DNA from: Nemertoderma westbladi
Lineage: Eukaryota > Animalia > Xenacoelomorpha
Assembly: GCA_032718475.1 (NCBI GenBank)
Contig: JAUCBJ010007091.1
Coordinates: 3,684 to 67,683 of the forward strand
Direction: 5' to 3'
Length of the DNA stretch: 64,000 bases
Of the stretch, positions 1 to 12,242 are shown in pieces (the first letter of the stretch is position 1; the number at the start of each line of letters is the position of its first letter). The notes beneath the pieces were generated by a model that made no database searches, was not told the origin of the DNA, and was given only the letters and a program-made list of their open reading frames with translations. A program made the position numbers and the translations under genes.

Positions 1-1088
1 GCTTTTGCGGACATAACAAGTCATTTTTCCGCAATGTGCAGAATACTCTAAAATAGCCCTGAATTTGTCCAACTACGCGACGGGAAGGAATTGGAGCTGG
101 TGTGACGACATCTATCAGCTGATTCTCTGTGGACGTGGAACTTTTCTTTGTTCTGCCTATTCAGCCAATCAGAGCGATTTTCCCCCTTATGCCTGACCGA
201 GGCCTATGGAAAGCCGCGCAATGCATTACGGTCTTTGTTTACCTTTTCTGAGCACCAGAACCGGCTTGGAATTTTCTGTACTTCTGTTTGGAAGTTTCAG
301 ACTTTGGCCTAAATATCAGATGGCTTTGATTATAAGAACGTAAATCTATTATCTGACCGACACACACTTGGAGCACCGACTGAACATACTGACTGTTCAC
401 CGCATTATTTTACTTCTGTTTACTGTCTGTTATTAATTGTTGTTATATTAATGGATATTGCTGTTATATTTGGAGAATACCGATAAATAATCATAAAACC
501 CCCAATCTTCTTGATTACTGAAGGTAAGAGGAACAGATTTACCGGTAGCAACTGCGACTTAAATTATAGTGGTTTTTGTGTGAATTAAATGCTATTTCAT
601 AATCCCTACATGTGTCAGTTGCGATCTTCCTTATATATGATCAAATTCAGTGACGGTCGGCAGATTAGTGTGAAGTAGTGTGAAGTCGTGTGAAGTGGTG
701 TGAAATATAATAAAGCATCTCCTAAAGAATGCGCTATTTACGAAACTCTGTGGCCATCTAGTTGTGATTAGTATAAGTCATAACTCTGTTTTTATACTTA
801 AAGCGCCACGTCCTAAAGGAACTGTTAATATTTCCCCGAAAGTAAATATATTGTCAGAGATTATATAATAACGATCAATCAAATAATACAGAAGATCTAC
901 ACCGCAATAACTCTCAAGGAAGCCGAATCCAGTCTCCCTTAACTGTGGGTGAATGATCGCGCACAGACTGGCTTCGGCTGAAGTAACTTCAGTACACTAA
1001 ATAAATGATATAGGCTAAAGTCGATTTATAAACAAGAGGACAACTAAAATTGGCAGGTTAAACTGCTAAAGGTCTAAAAGCGCGAACA
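1..1088 (+). mobile_element. BEL/Pao-type LTR (likely solo LTR, starting a few bp before the window)
   Basis: Colinear homology to the reverse complement of 8206-8703 plus 28873-29549 (e.g. gcgccacgtcctaaaggaactgttaatatttcc, ggcaggttaaactgctaaaggtct); ends ...CGCGAACA at 1088. Confidence 0.75.
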
Positions 1089-1195
1089 ACTACCTTGGTT
1101 ACCATGCCGGGGTTGAACCCACAACCTCCGTGAGATGTGAATTCAATATAACCACAATATAACCGGTGGGCTCTGAACCAAGGTGGAACAAGTGT
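1089..1195 (-). mobile_element. 5' part of a tRNA-derived SINE, interrupted by the LTR
   Basis: Reverse complement matches the SINE head at 32124 (ttccaccttgg...ttgaattcacatctc...gtgggttc). Confidence 0.55.
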
Positions 1196-1316
1196 CAGAT
1201 ACCGTCAGATCAGATCAGATCAGATAAGGACAGACGTTTTAGCCATCCTAGACAGTCATAGCTGTCTGCATCGTGTTAATACACAAAGTAAAGGAGTGAG
1301 ATCTGCTATAAATATA

Positions 1317-3448
1317 ACTAGAGACGGGACTAGCTGCCCGTGAAGCAAGTTGTATGAGACAGTACGAGTCAAGTAAAAGCTTTTTGTTCTGTCTGATAAT
1401 AAATTAGTGTGAGGGTAGTCCCGGTGGTGTACGAGACATTTTCATGACAACTTCAAGCTATAATTATTATGTGGTAATCATCTAATGAATTACTAGAACG
1501 CCATCAAGATGGCTTTAAACGAACCTGTCTTACACAGACTCCAAGAAACAGATGGGATTGGAAGATGCAAACCAAGAATGACTTGCATCAACCAAAAAAC
1601 TGCCTCCCATCTAATGTAATACACATTCGCCTAGGCAAACAAATCATAATCACAATTACTACGATGATGTGTGAAATGGTATCCATATCCGCAACCTGAG
1701 AAACGGCCCAAAAGAGCAGTTTATTCTGCGGAGGGGTCTTTTCTGTATGAGATAAATAAAATAAAGAACATTAATTACATACATTCTCAGTTAGCATAAT
1801 AAAAACATCGGAGCAACCAATATAATGTACATGTACAAGCATCCTATGAAAGTTTGTGAAATGTTCCCTTAAGTCTACCCAACAGCCGTTGGTACCCGGC
1901 TGGCAGCCACCCTGGTTCAGTTTTATGGTTTTGTTAGTTTAATCGACAGCTGTTGTAAACGTCCCAGATATACAAAACCTACTAAGCCTTTGCATTCCAA
2001 TTGAGCTTAGCCTAAGTTGATGACAGTATTATAACGATGACAATTAGGCCCTATAGATACATACGATATATAAATGATGTACTGCTTGACATTACACTAA
2101 CTGGCTGAATAGAGATAGAACTATAATAATACGTTTGGCATTCTGTCAGATTTCAGTAGTAAGTAACCTCATAATAATTGCTAAATATCAATCACCTGAA
2201 AAACATTTCAAGCAAGGGAGTTGTGGGTATTTAATTTCGCGTTCAATAATGTTGAAAATATGCAAATATTTCGAATATCGCACTTCGAATCGTTCCCAAC
2301 TTTTTTATTCAACAACTAGACAACAATTGATAAATACTTGCGTTTACAATTTTACAATGCATGCAAGTGGTTTCAAGCCATTTGGTGAACATACATAGTG
2401 ACATAGTGATATAGGTAAATATATCCATCGTGTTTTTGCCGGCCTCAGCTTTAGACAAAAACTACCCAGTCTAAAGACAGGTTCGTTATAAAAGGTGTTG
2501 TGATTGTTGAAGATAGAGAGCAGTTAGCGAAATAATAGAGCTATCGGATAGAGTACTCAGAGAGGAGTCGAGGTGTCAATTGATTATTAATAATAACAGC
2601 AGTTGTCATGAATTCAATACAATCGCGCACAAGAAGTGATAAGACAAATTCGTTCTTATTTTTGTAATAAATAAAACAAGTTGAGATGTTTCAATGTAAA
2701 CCGCGATTAACAATAATTTACACTGTTCAATGTAAACCACGATATTAATTAAATACAATAATTATATTATTATTATAACATATTTTTATATTTCAAACTT
2801 ATTATAACATATTTTTATATTTCAAACTATAATGTTAGCCTTATGGAGAATCATTATGAGGCTGAGTAAACATTCAACCTTATAAGCATACAGCCTCCAC
2901 AGTATTAATGTTGGCACAAAGATTTTAAAATAAAACAATAATTAGATGACAGTACAGTCCAATCAATAGTAGCCAACACACTGTGTAAATAACAGTCATT
3001 TAGCTTGCACGCCAATTAATTAACATAGCAAGGATGCATTGGGAAGAGTTATTCAGCTGAGACTGTAATAGCCAGCTAAACCAGTTAATGTTTGCTTACT
3101 GTCTGGGTTGTGGAGTAGAGTGATAATACTAGTGGCACAGAAAGTACTTCTTTGTTAGTTGGCCCTTCCTATTGAATGCATTACCAGGCCATCTCTATAC
3201 ATTTTTCATGAGTGCCAAGCTGGTGTTTTAATCATTGCGCCTATGGCAATTTTCGTGTTTTGGGGCTATTTTTCGAAATAAAACAAGTTGAGATGTTTCA
3301 ATTTAACCGCGATTTCACAAGTACCCATAAAAATCTATTTTCATGGTTCATGCAAAATTGCATCAAAATCGTTAGCGCCATTTTTGGTCTAGGTCAGTAG
3401 CCAGTAGCTTTTTTTCTTATAGTATTCAAGTCTAACGACTTACTAATA
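1317..3448 (-). mobile_element. Non-autonomous Helentron/Helitron-like element (family A) with a nested insertion
   Basis: Minus-strand 3' end is hairpin ACGGG..CCCGT plus CTAG; other end has AAGTC-TAAC-GACTT stem; uninterrupted copy at 39823-40933. Confidence 0.65.
1492..2488 (-). mobile_element. Non-autonomous Helentron-like element (family B) nested in family A
   Basis: Hairpin GCCATC-AA-GATGGC next to CTAG; subterminal inverted repeats aacgaacctgtct (1518-1530) and agacaggttcgtt (2475-2487); absent from the family A copy at ~40000; partial inverted copy at ~41385-41921. Confidence 0.65.
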
Positions 3449-4382
3449 AATTAATAAATTAATTAATTTCATTACCGGACTAACGCCTCTGGTGGCTATA
3501 ATTAAAATTGTAGGACCATTATAAAATATGTATAACAACAGCAGGTAAAACTGGTCAGACAATAATTGTGAACCAATTGAACGAATAGAACGAATTGAAA
3601 CAATTGTGAAATCAAATATGTCCAATCAATACGGTACATGGACTCCTGCGGCTAAAATGGTAGGACTAAATAATATATAACGGCGGGTAAAATAATAAAT
3701 TAGATCAAACAATAAATTCAGCGATAGAATCGAATAAAATAAAATCTAGTCGAAAATCTGATGCACATGACGCTAGTAGGCCTATACTGTAGTTCAGTAA
3801 TGAACTAATAGTTTAGTAAGAGTCAGTTCAGTCGTGTCGTGGTGAGTGAGAGATTGTGTCCATAGTATTTGTGTCTGTTTCTATTTAATCTCAAGAATAC
3901 CTGTCTATCGTCGAATCGCACCAATAATACCAGCCCTGCATCTCGCGTTCATAATAATATTATTTTAATAAAAACCCACACAATTAATAACGTGGCGGTA
4001 AGAACAGTTAGTAAAGGCACCAAGGCATGATATAAGTCAATAGCGGTATAAAATCAACCCGGTAAAATAAAATATATATACATGTTGATATAAAATATTC
4101 ATATGGCGTACTTAATAGTGTAGGATGTACAATAATTGCTAAGTGTAAAACGTACAAATTTGCCATTAAAATAAAATCGGATAAAATAAGATATAATGAA
4201 GGGTAATACCCACAGGCTGGCTAGCACGTAGGGTCTATTTGGGTACCATAATTAACTGCTGAATACAAAGGATTTATTCAGAGAGAGTAAAATATTATAT
4301 CGGACAGGACGTATCGTTGTATCATGTAGATCAGGCGGTAGGAGTTTGTTGCGCTCAGGGATGTCGCTTGGATATTCTTTAA

Positions 4383-4848
4383 CCCTATCCATACCGGGGT
4401 ACTTTAGACTCTCAAACTACCGGGGGGGGGGGGGGGGGGGGACTTTTGGGGACGTAAAGTTTGGAAGCATATAACTTTGTGTGGTGTGATGATATTACTT
4501 TAAAGTAAAAAGTTTTAGATACAAAATTTATTCCTCTTTTCAAATATGCCACACACTAATGCTCAAATATAATATTTATATACTATAATTATGTTTAAAT
4601 TGAACAACATCATATTGATCAACATAATCATTTTAAATTTCCCTCCTACAATAGTTCAGCCAATAATATGACAGTTTCAGAGACAGGTCTGTTTACGTGT
4701 CATTTTCATGGTCATAAATAATAATATGAAAATTAATTTTTGTTTTAAGATAAAGAATAATAAATTTTAGGAAAAGTAACGGAATTTCACTTGCAATAAA
4801 TGTAGTTTGGCTTTGAACCAAGCAATCAAATAAAGTGCGTCTCCAAAA

Positions 4849-4879
<31 letters not shown>

Positions 4880-4889
4880 ATGGATAGGG
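4383..4889. mobile_element. piggyBac-type MITE
   Basis: TIR CCCTATCCATAC / GTATGGATAGGG, flanked by TTAA at 4379-4382 and 4890-4893. Confidence 0.8.
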
Positions 4890-6140
4890 TTAAGTGTCTG
4901 CGTATAGAGCTGAAACTAAATTTGGAGATACTGAGAATTGCCAAGCTTGGGAGGTTCAGGTCCCAGGCGGCGTGTGCATAGCTATCAAATGTGTCTCTCT
5001 CTACCTTGAACAGTCCCCCTAGATGGCCGGACAGCAGATAGTCACTGAGAATTCTCCTGATCAGGCCGAGAATCCTGAGCAGGCTGAGACAACGCATGAA
5101 AACAAGGTTGCTAAGGGTAACGTTTCCAACATTAAACGAAGAGCTGTGTTTGATACCCGTTTGTTGCAGTAAACTTGGCCCCTGACTGAGCGCTTGTACT
5201 GTAGTGACTATTGAGGCACTCCAGTCCGGTAATTGATTGTAGTCCAATATATAATTCGAGAACAAGATTCAACTAATATGAGTGAGTCTCATGAGGTGGA
5301 ATATGTTGTGTTTATTATATGAGGATAACTCCATTTTCGAATTATCCATTCGTAGAACTACCAATCAGTTTTCTCGTCTATTACGTTTTCGTCCTTCAGC
5401 TTACAATCACAATGACTTGCTCTGAATGATTTGTTAAAAAAATAATTATACTAATACAAACCGTTAATACGCATCGAATGAGCCAAAAAGCAAGGAATGA
5501 GAGCAAAATCTGTCAACGTGTCAATGTGTCAACATACATACATACATACATTTACAACATACATACAACATAAATACATATGTACATACAAACTGAGCCG
5601 ATATATATATATTACTGGAGATGAATATTAATAGTAATTCTACACGATCATTCAAACATACAGTAATTATATTTATATAACTTTACAAACCGGACTAAGC
5701 TAGCTGAGTCCGAGTTTTAAGGCCTGTAGAGTAGAGTAGGCCCTAGTCCTTGGTGAACATATATTTTTTTAACTAGTTTAAAGTTGCCTAAAACGATTTT
5801 CCAACTTAATTGAAATCACACAAAAAGGAACAGGCAAATTTTGTGCGACTATTTTCAATTAATAAGCTATTAAACATACCCTATACAGTATGTGTAACTT
5901 TTGAATAAATTTGAGTATCGCAGTCTGTTGGTACTACAGTACTGTAGTATGTAGTACCGCACTTAACCCCACCCTCCAAGCTACAGTAGGCCTACTGTAT
6001 ACAGTAACCTCAGACTTTGAACTGCAGTACAGTACTCTACAGTATATATTAATTTGATTAATTAACGTATCATTTATTCTAATAAATATCTTATTAATTT
6101 ATCTAATTTACTCATTTAGAAATATATCATTTACAATAAA

Positions 6141-6722
6141 ATGCAACCAATTAAATGTGTGGTAGTTGGCGATGGAGGGGTTGGTAAATTATGCCTTATA
6201 ATTAGTTACACAACAAATGCTTTTCCAGGGGAATATATTCCTACACAATATGATGTGTGCTCAGTTAATCTAATGGTTGAAGGTAGGCCTGTCTGCTTGC
6301 GATTATGGTATACGCCGGGGCAAGAGGATTACGACAGAACACGACCCCTCACCTACCCCCAGACTGATGTTTTCCTCATCTGTTTTTCTTTGATTAGTCC
6401 CGCATCTTACGAGAATGTCCGCACCAAGTGGTACCCCGAAGTGTCCCACCACTGTCCAGTAACACCTATCGTTTTAATAGGGACCAAGTTGGATCTGAGA
6501 GACGATAAAGAAACGATTGAAAAGCTTCAGGACAAGAAACAATCTCCAATATCTTATCGACAGGGTTTGGCGATGGCTAAGGATATCAAAGCTAAAAAGT
6601 ATTTAGAATGTTCGGCGTTAACGCAAAAAGGTGTGAAGCAAGTGTTTGACGAGGCTATCAGAGCTGTGCCGTTCCCTAAAAAACCGCGGTTCAATAATGG
6701 TAGAAAGTGTAGAATTCTTTAA
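6141..6722 (+). CDS. Rac: Rac-like Rho-family small GTPase, intronless CDS, atypical G1/G3 motifs
   Basis: [56 protein letters not shown], polybasic tail plus CAAX (CRIL); AT-rich tract ending in AG just upstream (~6119) suggests a 5'UTR intron. Confidence 0.93.
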   Translation: MQPIKCVVVGDGGVGKLCLIISYTTNAFPGEYIPTQYDVCSVNLMVEGRPVCLRLWYTPGQEDYDRTRPLTYPQTDVFLICFSLISPASYENVRTKWYPEVSHHCPVTPIVLIGTKLDLRDDKETIEKLQDKKQSPISYRQGLAMAKDIKAKKYLECSALTQKGVKQVFDEAIRAVPFPKKPRFNNGRKCRIL

Positions 6723-7310
6723 ATACTCTATTCTGTATGACAAATATTTTCGACATAAAATGACTGTTACTGTATACTAATTATTTTATGTTATTACAAT
6801 TTCACCAATGTACATATTTATTCAGTATTTAATCAACGACCTATATAATGTTCCATAAATCTTGAAAAGGCATAGCTATCTAAAACACGATATGAAAATT
6901 TCCGGTCGATGGAGGGAGGTTGTTCCATTCTGAGCTATGAAATGTATCGCCAGAGCTCGTCTTTGTAATAACTCTAATTGCGAAGACATTCAATATTTGG
7001 GTTCCAAAAAAGGCTTACATCATTCTTTTCCAAGACTTTAATAAATGGTCCATAAAAATGTACAGTAGTGACTTTCAGCTTCATGAGAAGGGAAGAAGCG
7101 AGAGTTGTAGAAACGAGAGTAAAAGTAAAATTTGACAATCTGTAAAGATGTACAGAATTAGCTGTGGAAGTTTCTGAGCCACAATCATACATTCATACCC
7201 ATACTATATATATACTTTCTTTAATTAATAGTGTTAAATTAAAATATACAAGATCAGGGTCGTATTATGTATTATAGTATCTTATATTATTATCTTATTA
7301 TTAATAAAAG

Positions 7311-8205
7311 AGTACTACTACTACTAGGATCGGCATGCTGCATTGCAACTGCATTTTTAAGAATGCTGTGCCGGCTTGTCGACAAATTGCGCCGCCACAA
7401 CTCCCTATCACCAATGACATTTGCTAGATCATCCGCATCTTCAGGCCAGTGTCCTTTAAGATGCGTCTCAAGAAAGTCATGGGCTGTCCACCATTCTTAT
7501 TCACACCATGGGGCTGCCAAAGTACAAGATTATGCACTGGCTGGTCCTCACGGCGAAAGCAATGTCCTGCAAAGCGGAGGCGATTTTGTTCTATTGTCAA
7601 GCTTGGGGGAACCAATGAGACACCTCCAATGTTATATAGTGTCTGGTTTGAAATGTGTGCATTGTACTTGACACAATGAACCCGGCGTAGCATTCTTGTG
7701 AATGTGTCATCCAGAGATTTGGTGTCCTCAGCAGTTAGAGCCCAGCATGGACTCCCATAGAGGAGTACTGGAACTACTGCTGCTCTAAATAATCGGACCT
7801 TGACTGAATCAAAGGCCTTAAAGAAGTCAACAAAGATAACAGCCAGCTCCTTTAAACACTCAGGTATTTTAAAGACCTCAGGGGGAACACCATCTACTCC
7901 AATGGCACGATTGGTCTTAATGCTCTTTGCAGCAGCCTTCACTTCTGCAAAGGAGATATCGCCAATGGGAATATCTGGGAGTACAGACTCAGACACGTTT
8001 ACTTCTATAAAGTTGTCAGGCAATACCCTGTCATTATTGAGGAGCTTTTCAAAGTGGGCCTTCCAACCATTGAGGCGATCGGCTGGTCATTCAGCCTTAA
8101 CCTTGGTGGTTGGTTGGCATTTCCGCCCAGTAAGCAAGTTCATCGATTCCCATGCCTGTGATGATTGCCTGCTGCCGTCAGCATCATTGATGGCATCAAC
8201 CTGTT
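7311..8205 (-). mobile_element. RTE-clade LINE fragment, internally deleted
   Basis: RT motifs (GVDGVPPEVFK, FVDFFKAFDSV) fused directly to the C-terminal region (LLYGSPCW, RLRFAGHCFR); (TAG)n tail; same family as 55697-56280. Confidence 0.8.
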
Positions 8206-8703
8206 TGTACGCGCTTTTGAAGACCTTTAGCAGTTTAACCTGCCAAAATTTATATGTCTTTTGGTTTATAAATAGACTTTAGAAAATGACAAGTATTTAA
8301 TACCAAGAAACACAACATTAGCCGAAGCCAGCCTAGTGCGCGTCCATTCACCCGCTGGATATACCCGGGAGACTGGATTCGGAGGGCTTAGATTGTTATT
8401 GCAGTGTAAGCTTACTGTATTATTCGATTGATCGTTAATAAATAATTTCTGACCAATATTATTCACTTTCGGGAAATATTAACAGTTCCTTTAGGACGTG
8501 GCGCTCTATCTAGGTAAACAGAGATATGACTTATACTAAACACAACGGTAAGTCGGTAAGGCTTATGATTCACGTATGAGGCGCATTCTTTAGGAAATGC
8601 TTAGTTATCAGCCACAATCATGCACACTACCGGTAACACACAATACTGCTCACTAATTTGCCGACCGTCAATGAATTTTATCATATATAAAGAGAACAGC
8701 AAC
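8206..8703 (-). mobile_element. 3' half of BEL/Pao 3' LTR, split by the Polinton
   Basis: Homologous to ~600-1088; ends CGCGTACA on the minus strand at 8206. Confidence 0.75.
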
Positions 8704-9023
8704 AGTAGTATATATTACATGGAGACGGCATCAGAGTCACCCGTAGCCCATCATTACCGTCCATTTCTAGTACTGCAGCCAATCAGAAGCCACCATTTCA
8801 ACCTTTTGCGGTGGTCGTTATTATTTCAACCAATCAGATGACAGCATTTCATCCGTAACCATGGCAACTTCTCAAGTTCCCGCTTATTCCGCTAGAGGCG
8901 TTATTAGTCACCTAACGCTAGTACTGCATCCAATCATAAGCCTTTATTTTACAGGTGTTCGGGTGTCTACACTTAGCATCAGGTAACTTCTATTATTTTT
9001 CAAATCGCAATTTTTCACCAACC
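8704..9023 (+). repeat. Polinton left TIR
   Basis: Reverse complement of 28553-28872 with few mismatches. Confidence 0.95.
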
Positions 9024-9628
9024 ATTGCATATTCATCTTCGCGTAGCCTAACCTCTCGATGCATGGCTAGCATCCAACACATCACCACTCAATCCACAGC
9101 TGTTACCCACCCACCAACCAACCAACAGCGATACACCCACCGATTATTCCCCTTTTCGCCACATCACCACCGCTGTATACTGTATATGATGATGATGACA
9201 ACGTAGCCAACTACACACATATTATATATTATATTATATCGATTGCCAACTCAACGATTATTTACCCACTGCTAGCCACTGCTACTCCTCGACGGCTGTC
9301 ACCAAACCAAGCAGCCTACCAGTCCAGCGGTAGGATACGTGAAATTCCGCCACGTTTCCAGCTACACGTATACGAACATTTCCATAGTTACTCAACCTTG
9401 ACCGTAATTTTTTTTTTTATTGCACTGTACTGTACAGTAGTTCCCTACCGGCTAATCAACCAATCAATAAACCGAATTTAGGCTATTTTTCAGTTTAAGA
9501 CCTGTATTATTTTTGAAAATATCTTATATATATAATCTCTTGCTTTAATCGCAATTAATCATTTGTAATGGTTTTAGTTTAAAAGTTTTTACTTAGTTTG
9601 TTTGATTTACAATAAAATAAATTAAATA

Positions 9629-10078
9629 ATGTCTTCTGATTCCAATATGGTTATGCCAATGGTAAGGCATTCATTTTTTGCAGAAGATGGTCAAGCCTAT
9701 ATTGTTATTGATTATACAATTTACCGTCAGGGAGATGATAAATATAAAATTGAATTTTCTGAAAAAGCCAGGAAAGTTTTAAGCTCAATTGATATTGATG
9801 CTTCTGATAATAGTATTCATCTTTTAGATTACAACCTGAAAGCTGAGCATGGGGGAGGAAAATTAAGCAACATTTTACTATTATCCATGATAGAGGGATT
9901 TATTGTTATTACACAATACAACGAAGCTGGTGAAAAGTTTGAAATACGGCTAAATCGGCATAGCCCCTACGAAATTATGCCTTTCTTTATTGTAATGATT
10001 TCAAAAGAATCCTTTGTCGAACCTGAAGAATCAGCGGATAATGTTGAATATGTTGATAATAATATCATTGATTCTTGA
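9629..10078 (+). CDS. Polinton hypothetical protein (149 aa, acidic C-terminus)
   Basis: ATG-initiated ORF in AT-rich context, first in the plus-strand gene block; no recognised motif. Confidence 0.6.
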   Translation: MSSDSNMVMPMVRHSFFAEDGQAYIVIDYTIYRQGDDKYKIEFSEKARKVLSSIDIDASDNSIHLLDYNLKAEHGGGKLSNILLLSMIEGFIVITQYNEAGEKFEIRLNRHSPYEIMPFFIVMISKESFVEPEESADNVEYVDNNIIDS

Positions 10079-10243
10079 CTTTTCCCTCTATATTATAAAT
10101 ATTTTATGATTATATATAAAATTTTGTTGTTTTTAAATAATCGAAAATTGTAGTAGTATTTGTATATACAGTATAACAGTTTTGTTTGTTGTTGTTGTTG
10201 TGTATTGTGGTAATTATTTTCAATTTACTTTAAAATTTGGAAA

Positions 10244-10696
10244 ATGGATATTTTAAATGAAAAATGTCCAGTTTGCTATTCTAAGTTATTGCAACAACAT
10301 CGAGATTATTATAAATGTGAAAATAAACATGCAACTTGCGTACAATGTATTGCACAATATTCCGAAATGAATAATTATTGTTCTAAAATTTGTCCTATTT
10401 GTCGCGCACCCATATCTAAGTTTAATATAAAGTTGGCAAGATACCAACCCTATTATTGGAAAGAGCTTCGCAATATAACTTATATTTCTGCGAAAAGTAA
10501 TGATCCGGGAGATTTATTTACAATATTGGAGAATATTTTTTATAGAAACGTAGTACGACGCTGTTGCTACTATATTCCTTATTTTTTTAGCAGCGAACAT
10601 AAAAAAATCATTAGCGCGAAATTTTCGGGAAGTGATTTCCAATCCGCCGATTTTACCTATCATTATTTCGCGTATAAAGATGCTCACCATGCTTGA
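10244..10696 (+). CDS. RING-finger protein (putative E3 ligase)
   Basis: CPVC-x13-CENKH-ATCVQC-x14-CPICR, a C3HC4-like pattern. Confidence 0.75.
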   Translation: MDILNEKCPVCYSKLLQQHRDYYKCENKHATCVQCIAQYSEMNNYCSKICPICRAPISKFNIKLARYQPYYWKELRNITYISAKSNDPGDLFTILENIFYRNVVRRCCYYIPYFFSSEHKKIISAKFSGSDFQSADFTYHYFAYKDAHHA

Positions 10697-10912
10697 AATT
10701 ACATCGGTCTATACTATAATTGGAAATAGCACCTTTTGCTGCAGCGAGCGTCACATACTGTAGCGGCGTCGTATGTTAATTAAATATACAGTACTCTAAT
10801 ATTGTAGTTGCATCAATTATTGTTATATACATAGTAATGGTGTTGGTTTATTGATATTGATATTGATATTATATTATATTGTATTGTTGATATATCTTAA
10901 TAATAATAATAA

Positions 10913-11593
10913 ATGGCTGACTTTAATTCAGGTCCATATAATTTAAATTTTCAAATGGGAACGAGTATGATAATTTCAGGGCCATCTGGCTCCGGAAAGT
11001 CTACATTTGTTGGCAATTTAATTAAACACAAGAATGGTTGTTTCAACGAAGCCCCCTTGCGAGTATTGTATTGTTACGGGAGCAATCCTCCGACTATTCC
11101 AGGTATTACTCACCTTTACAAAGGCTTGCCTGAAAATATAGATAGTTTAGTGAATAGTCGAGATTTATTAATTATAGATGATTTGTTAACAGAAACTGAG
11201 TCCAGTACAGCTTTAACTGTATTGTTTACTAAGGTGGCTCATCATTCCAATATATTTATTTGTTTTATAACGCAAAACATGTTTTACGGTGGGAAGCATA
11301 ACCGCACAAGATCAATTAATAGCCATACTTTAGTATTAATGAAAAATCCGAGAGACAGTCTATCGGTTTTAAATTTCGCGAAGCAGATGTTACCAGGGCA
11401 GACCAAATTTTTAGTTGATTCCTATCAAGATGCGACAATTGAACCATTTTCACATTTCATAATTGATTTACGACAGGAAACACCCGAACATTTAAGATTT
11501 AGATCTGATATATTTCGTAATCATAATTGTTACATTAAAAATTACACTGACTATAAACGTAGCGAAAATAATAATAATAATAATGATAAATAA
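10913..11593 (+). CDS. FtsK/HerA (A32-like) genome packaging ATPase
   Basis: Walker A GPSGSGKS, Walker B LLIIDD, ITQN, KNPRD, IDL motifs typical of Polinton ATPases. Confidence 0.92.
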   Translation: MADFNSGPYNLNFQMGTSMIISGPSGSGKSTFVGNLIKHKNGCFNEAPLRVLYCYGSNPPTIPGITHLYKGLPENIDSLVNSRDLLIIDDLLTETESSTALTVLFTKVAHHSNIFICFITQNMFYGGKHNRTRSINSHTLVLMKNPRDSLSVLNFAKQMLPGQTKFLVDSYQDATIEPFSHFIIDLRQETPEHLRFRSDIFRNHNCYIKNYTDYKRSENNNNNNDK

Positions 11594-11630
11594 TTAATAT
11601 TTTGTAACAATTTTCAATAATGTTGCAACA

Positions 11631-12014
11631 ATGAATAGACTTGTGCAGAAATATCATAACGAACTGGAATTTCTACGCAGCGCTACCCCTCAACAAAGAA
11701 CTTATTTTATTAACCATACCGCCAGTAACGAATTAATACGGCTCATTGTAAATACTGCATTAAATGTTCTAAAAGGTAATGTACAATTGACCCCTCATTC
11801 ATTTAGAAATATTCGCCGCTATAAGAAGGTATTGAAATCACTCAACCGTAAAACAAAAAATATATCAAGTTACAGAAAAAAGTTAAGCAATCAATCTGGA
11901 GGCATACTACCGTTTCTAATACCCTTACTCGGCATTGGTGCGAAACTTGCCGCGAGTGCCGGTGCCGCGGCCGCGGGGGCTGCTATTGCGAAAAAAATTA
12001 ACCGTGGACGGTAG
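11631..12014 (+). CDS. Basic virion core protein with adenovirus pX-like C-terminus
   Basis: K/R-rich, then QSGG-ILPFLIPLL followed by an Ala/Gly-rich hydrophobic segment. Confidence 0.7.
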   Translation: MNRLVQKYHNELEFLRSATPQQRTYFINHTASNELIRLIVNTALNVLKGNVQLTPHSFRNIRRYKKVLKSLNRKTKNISSYRKKLSNQSGGILPFLIPLLGIGAKLAASAGAAAAGAAIAKKINRGR

Positions 12015-12020
12015 GTAATA

Positions 12021-12191
12021 ATGGTTAAAACGGGAGTAACATTTAGAAAATTATATTTAGTATCGAGTAAACCGTTAGCTGCTGATTTAAAACCACAAGA
12101 TATACCTAGAGTAAATACTACAAAAAGAAAACCCTTTAAAACATCAACTTCGAAGAAAATAATTAAAAAATTTCAGTTGTTCTTACGGTGA
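12021..12191 (+). CDS. Short basic ORF (56 aa), not in the ORF track
   Basis: MVKTGVTFRKLYLVSSKP...KKFQLFLR*; fills the gap between the pX-like gene and integrase. Confidence 0.4.
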   Translation: MVKTGVTFRKLYLVSSKPLAADLKPQDIPRVNTTKRKPFKTSTSKKIIKKFQLFLR

Positions 12192-12242
12192 TGCCCTTTA
12201 TAAGAGATTTGAATATACATATTACTTGCGGTTGTCGAAAAG

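Noticed and set aside
2135-3625. Short ORFs in the first 4 kb
   Set aside because: They lie in or beside non-autonomous repeats, use non-ATG starts and have no motifs
4693-5265. 190-aa minus-strand ORF with poly-Gly
   Set aside because: Runs across the piggyBac MITE boundary and a poly-C tract; no recognisable domain
8955-9206. ORF MFGCLHLASG..., also at 28355-28621 and 35355-35630
   Set aside because: Shared N-terminus reflects the TIR sequence; GTG start and divergent after the TIR
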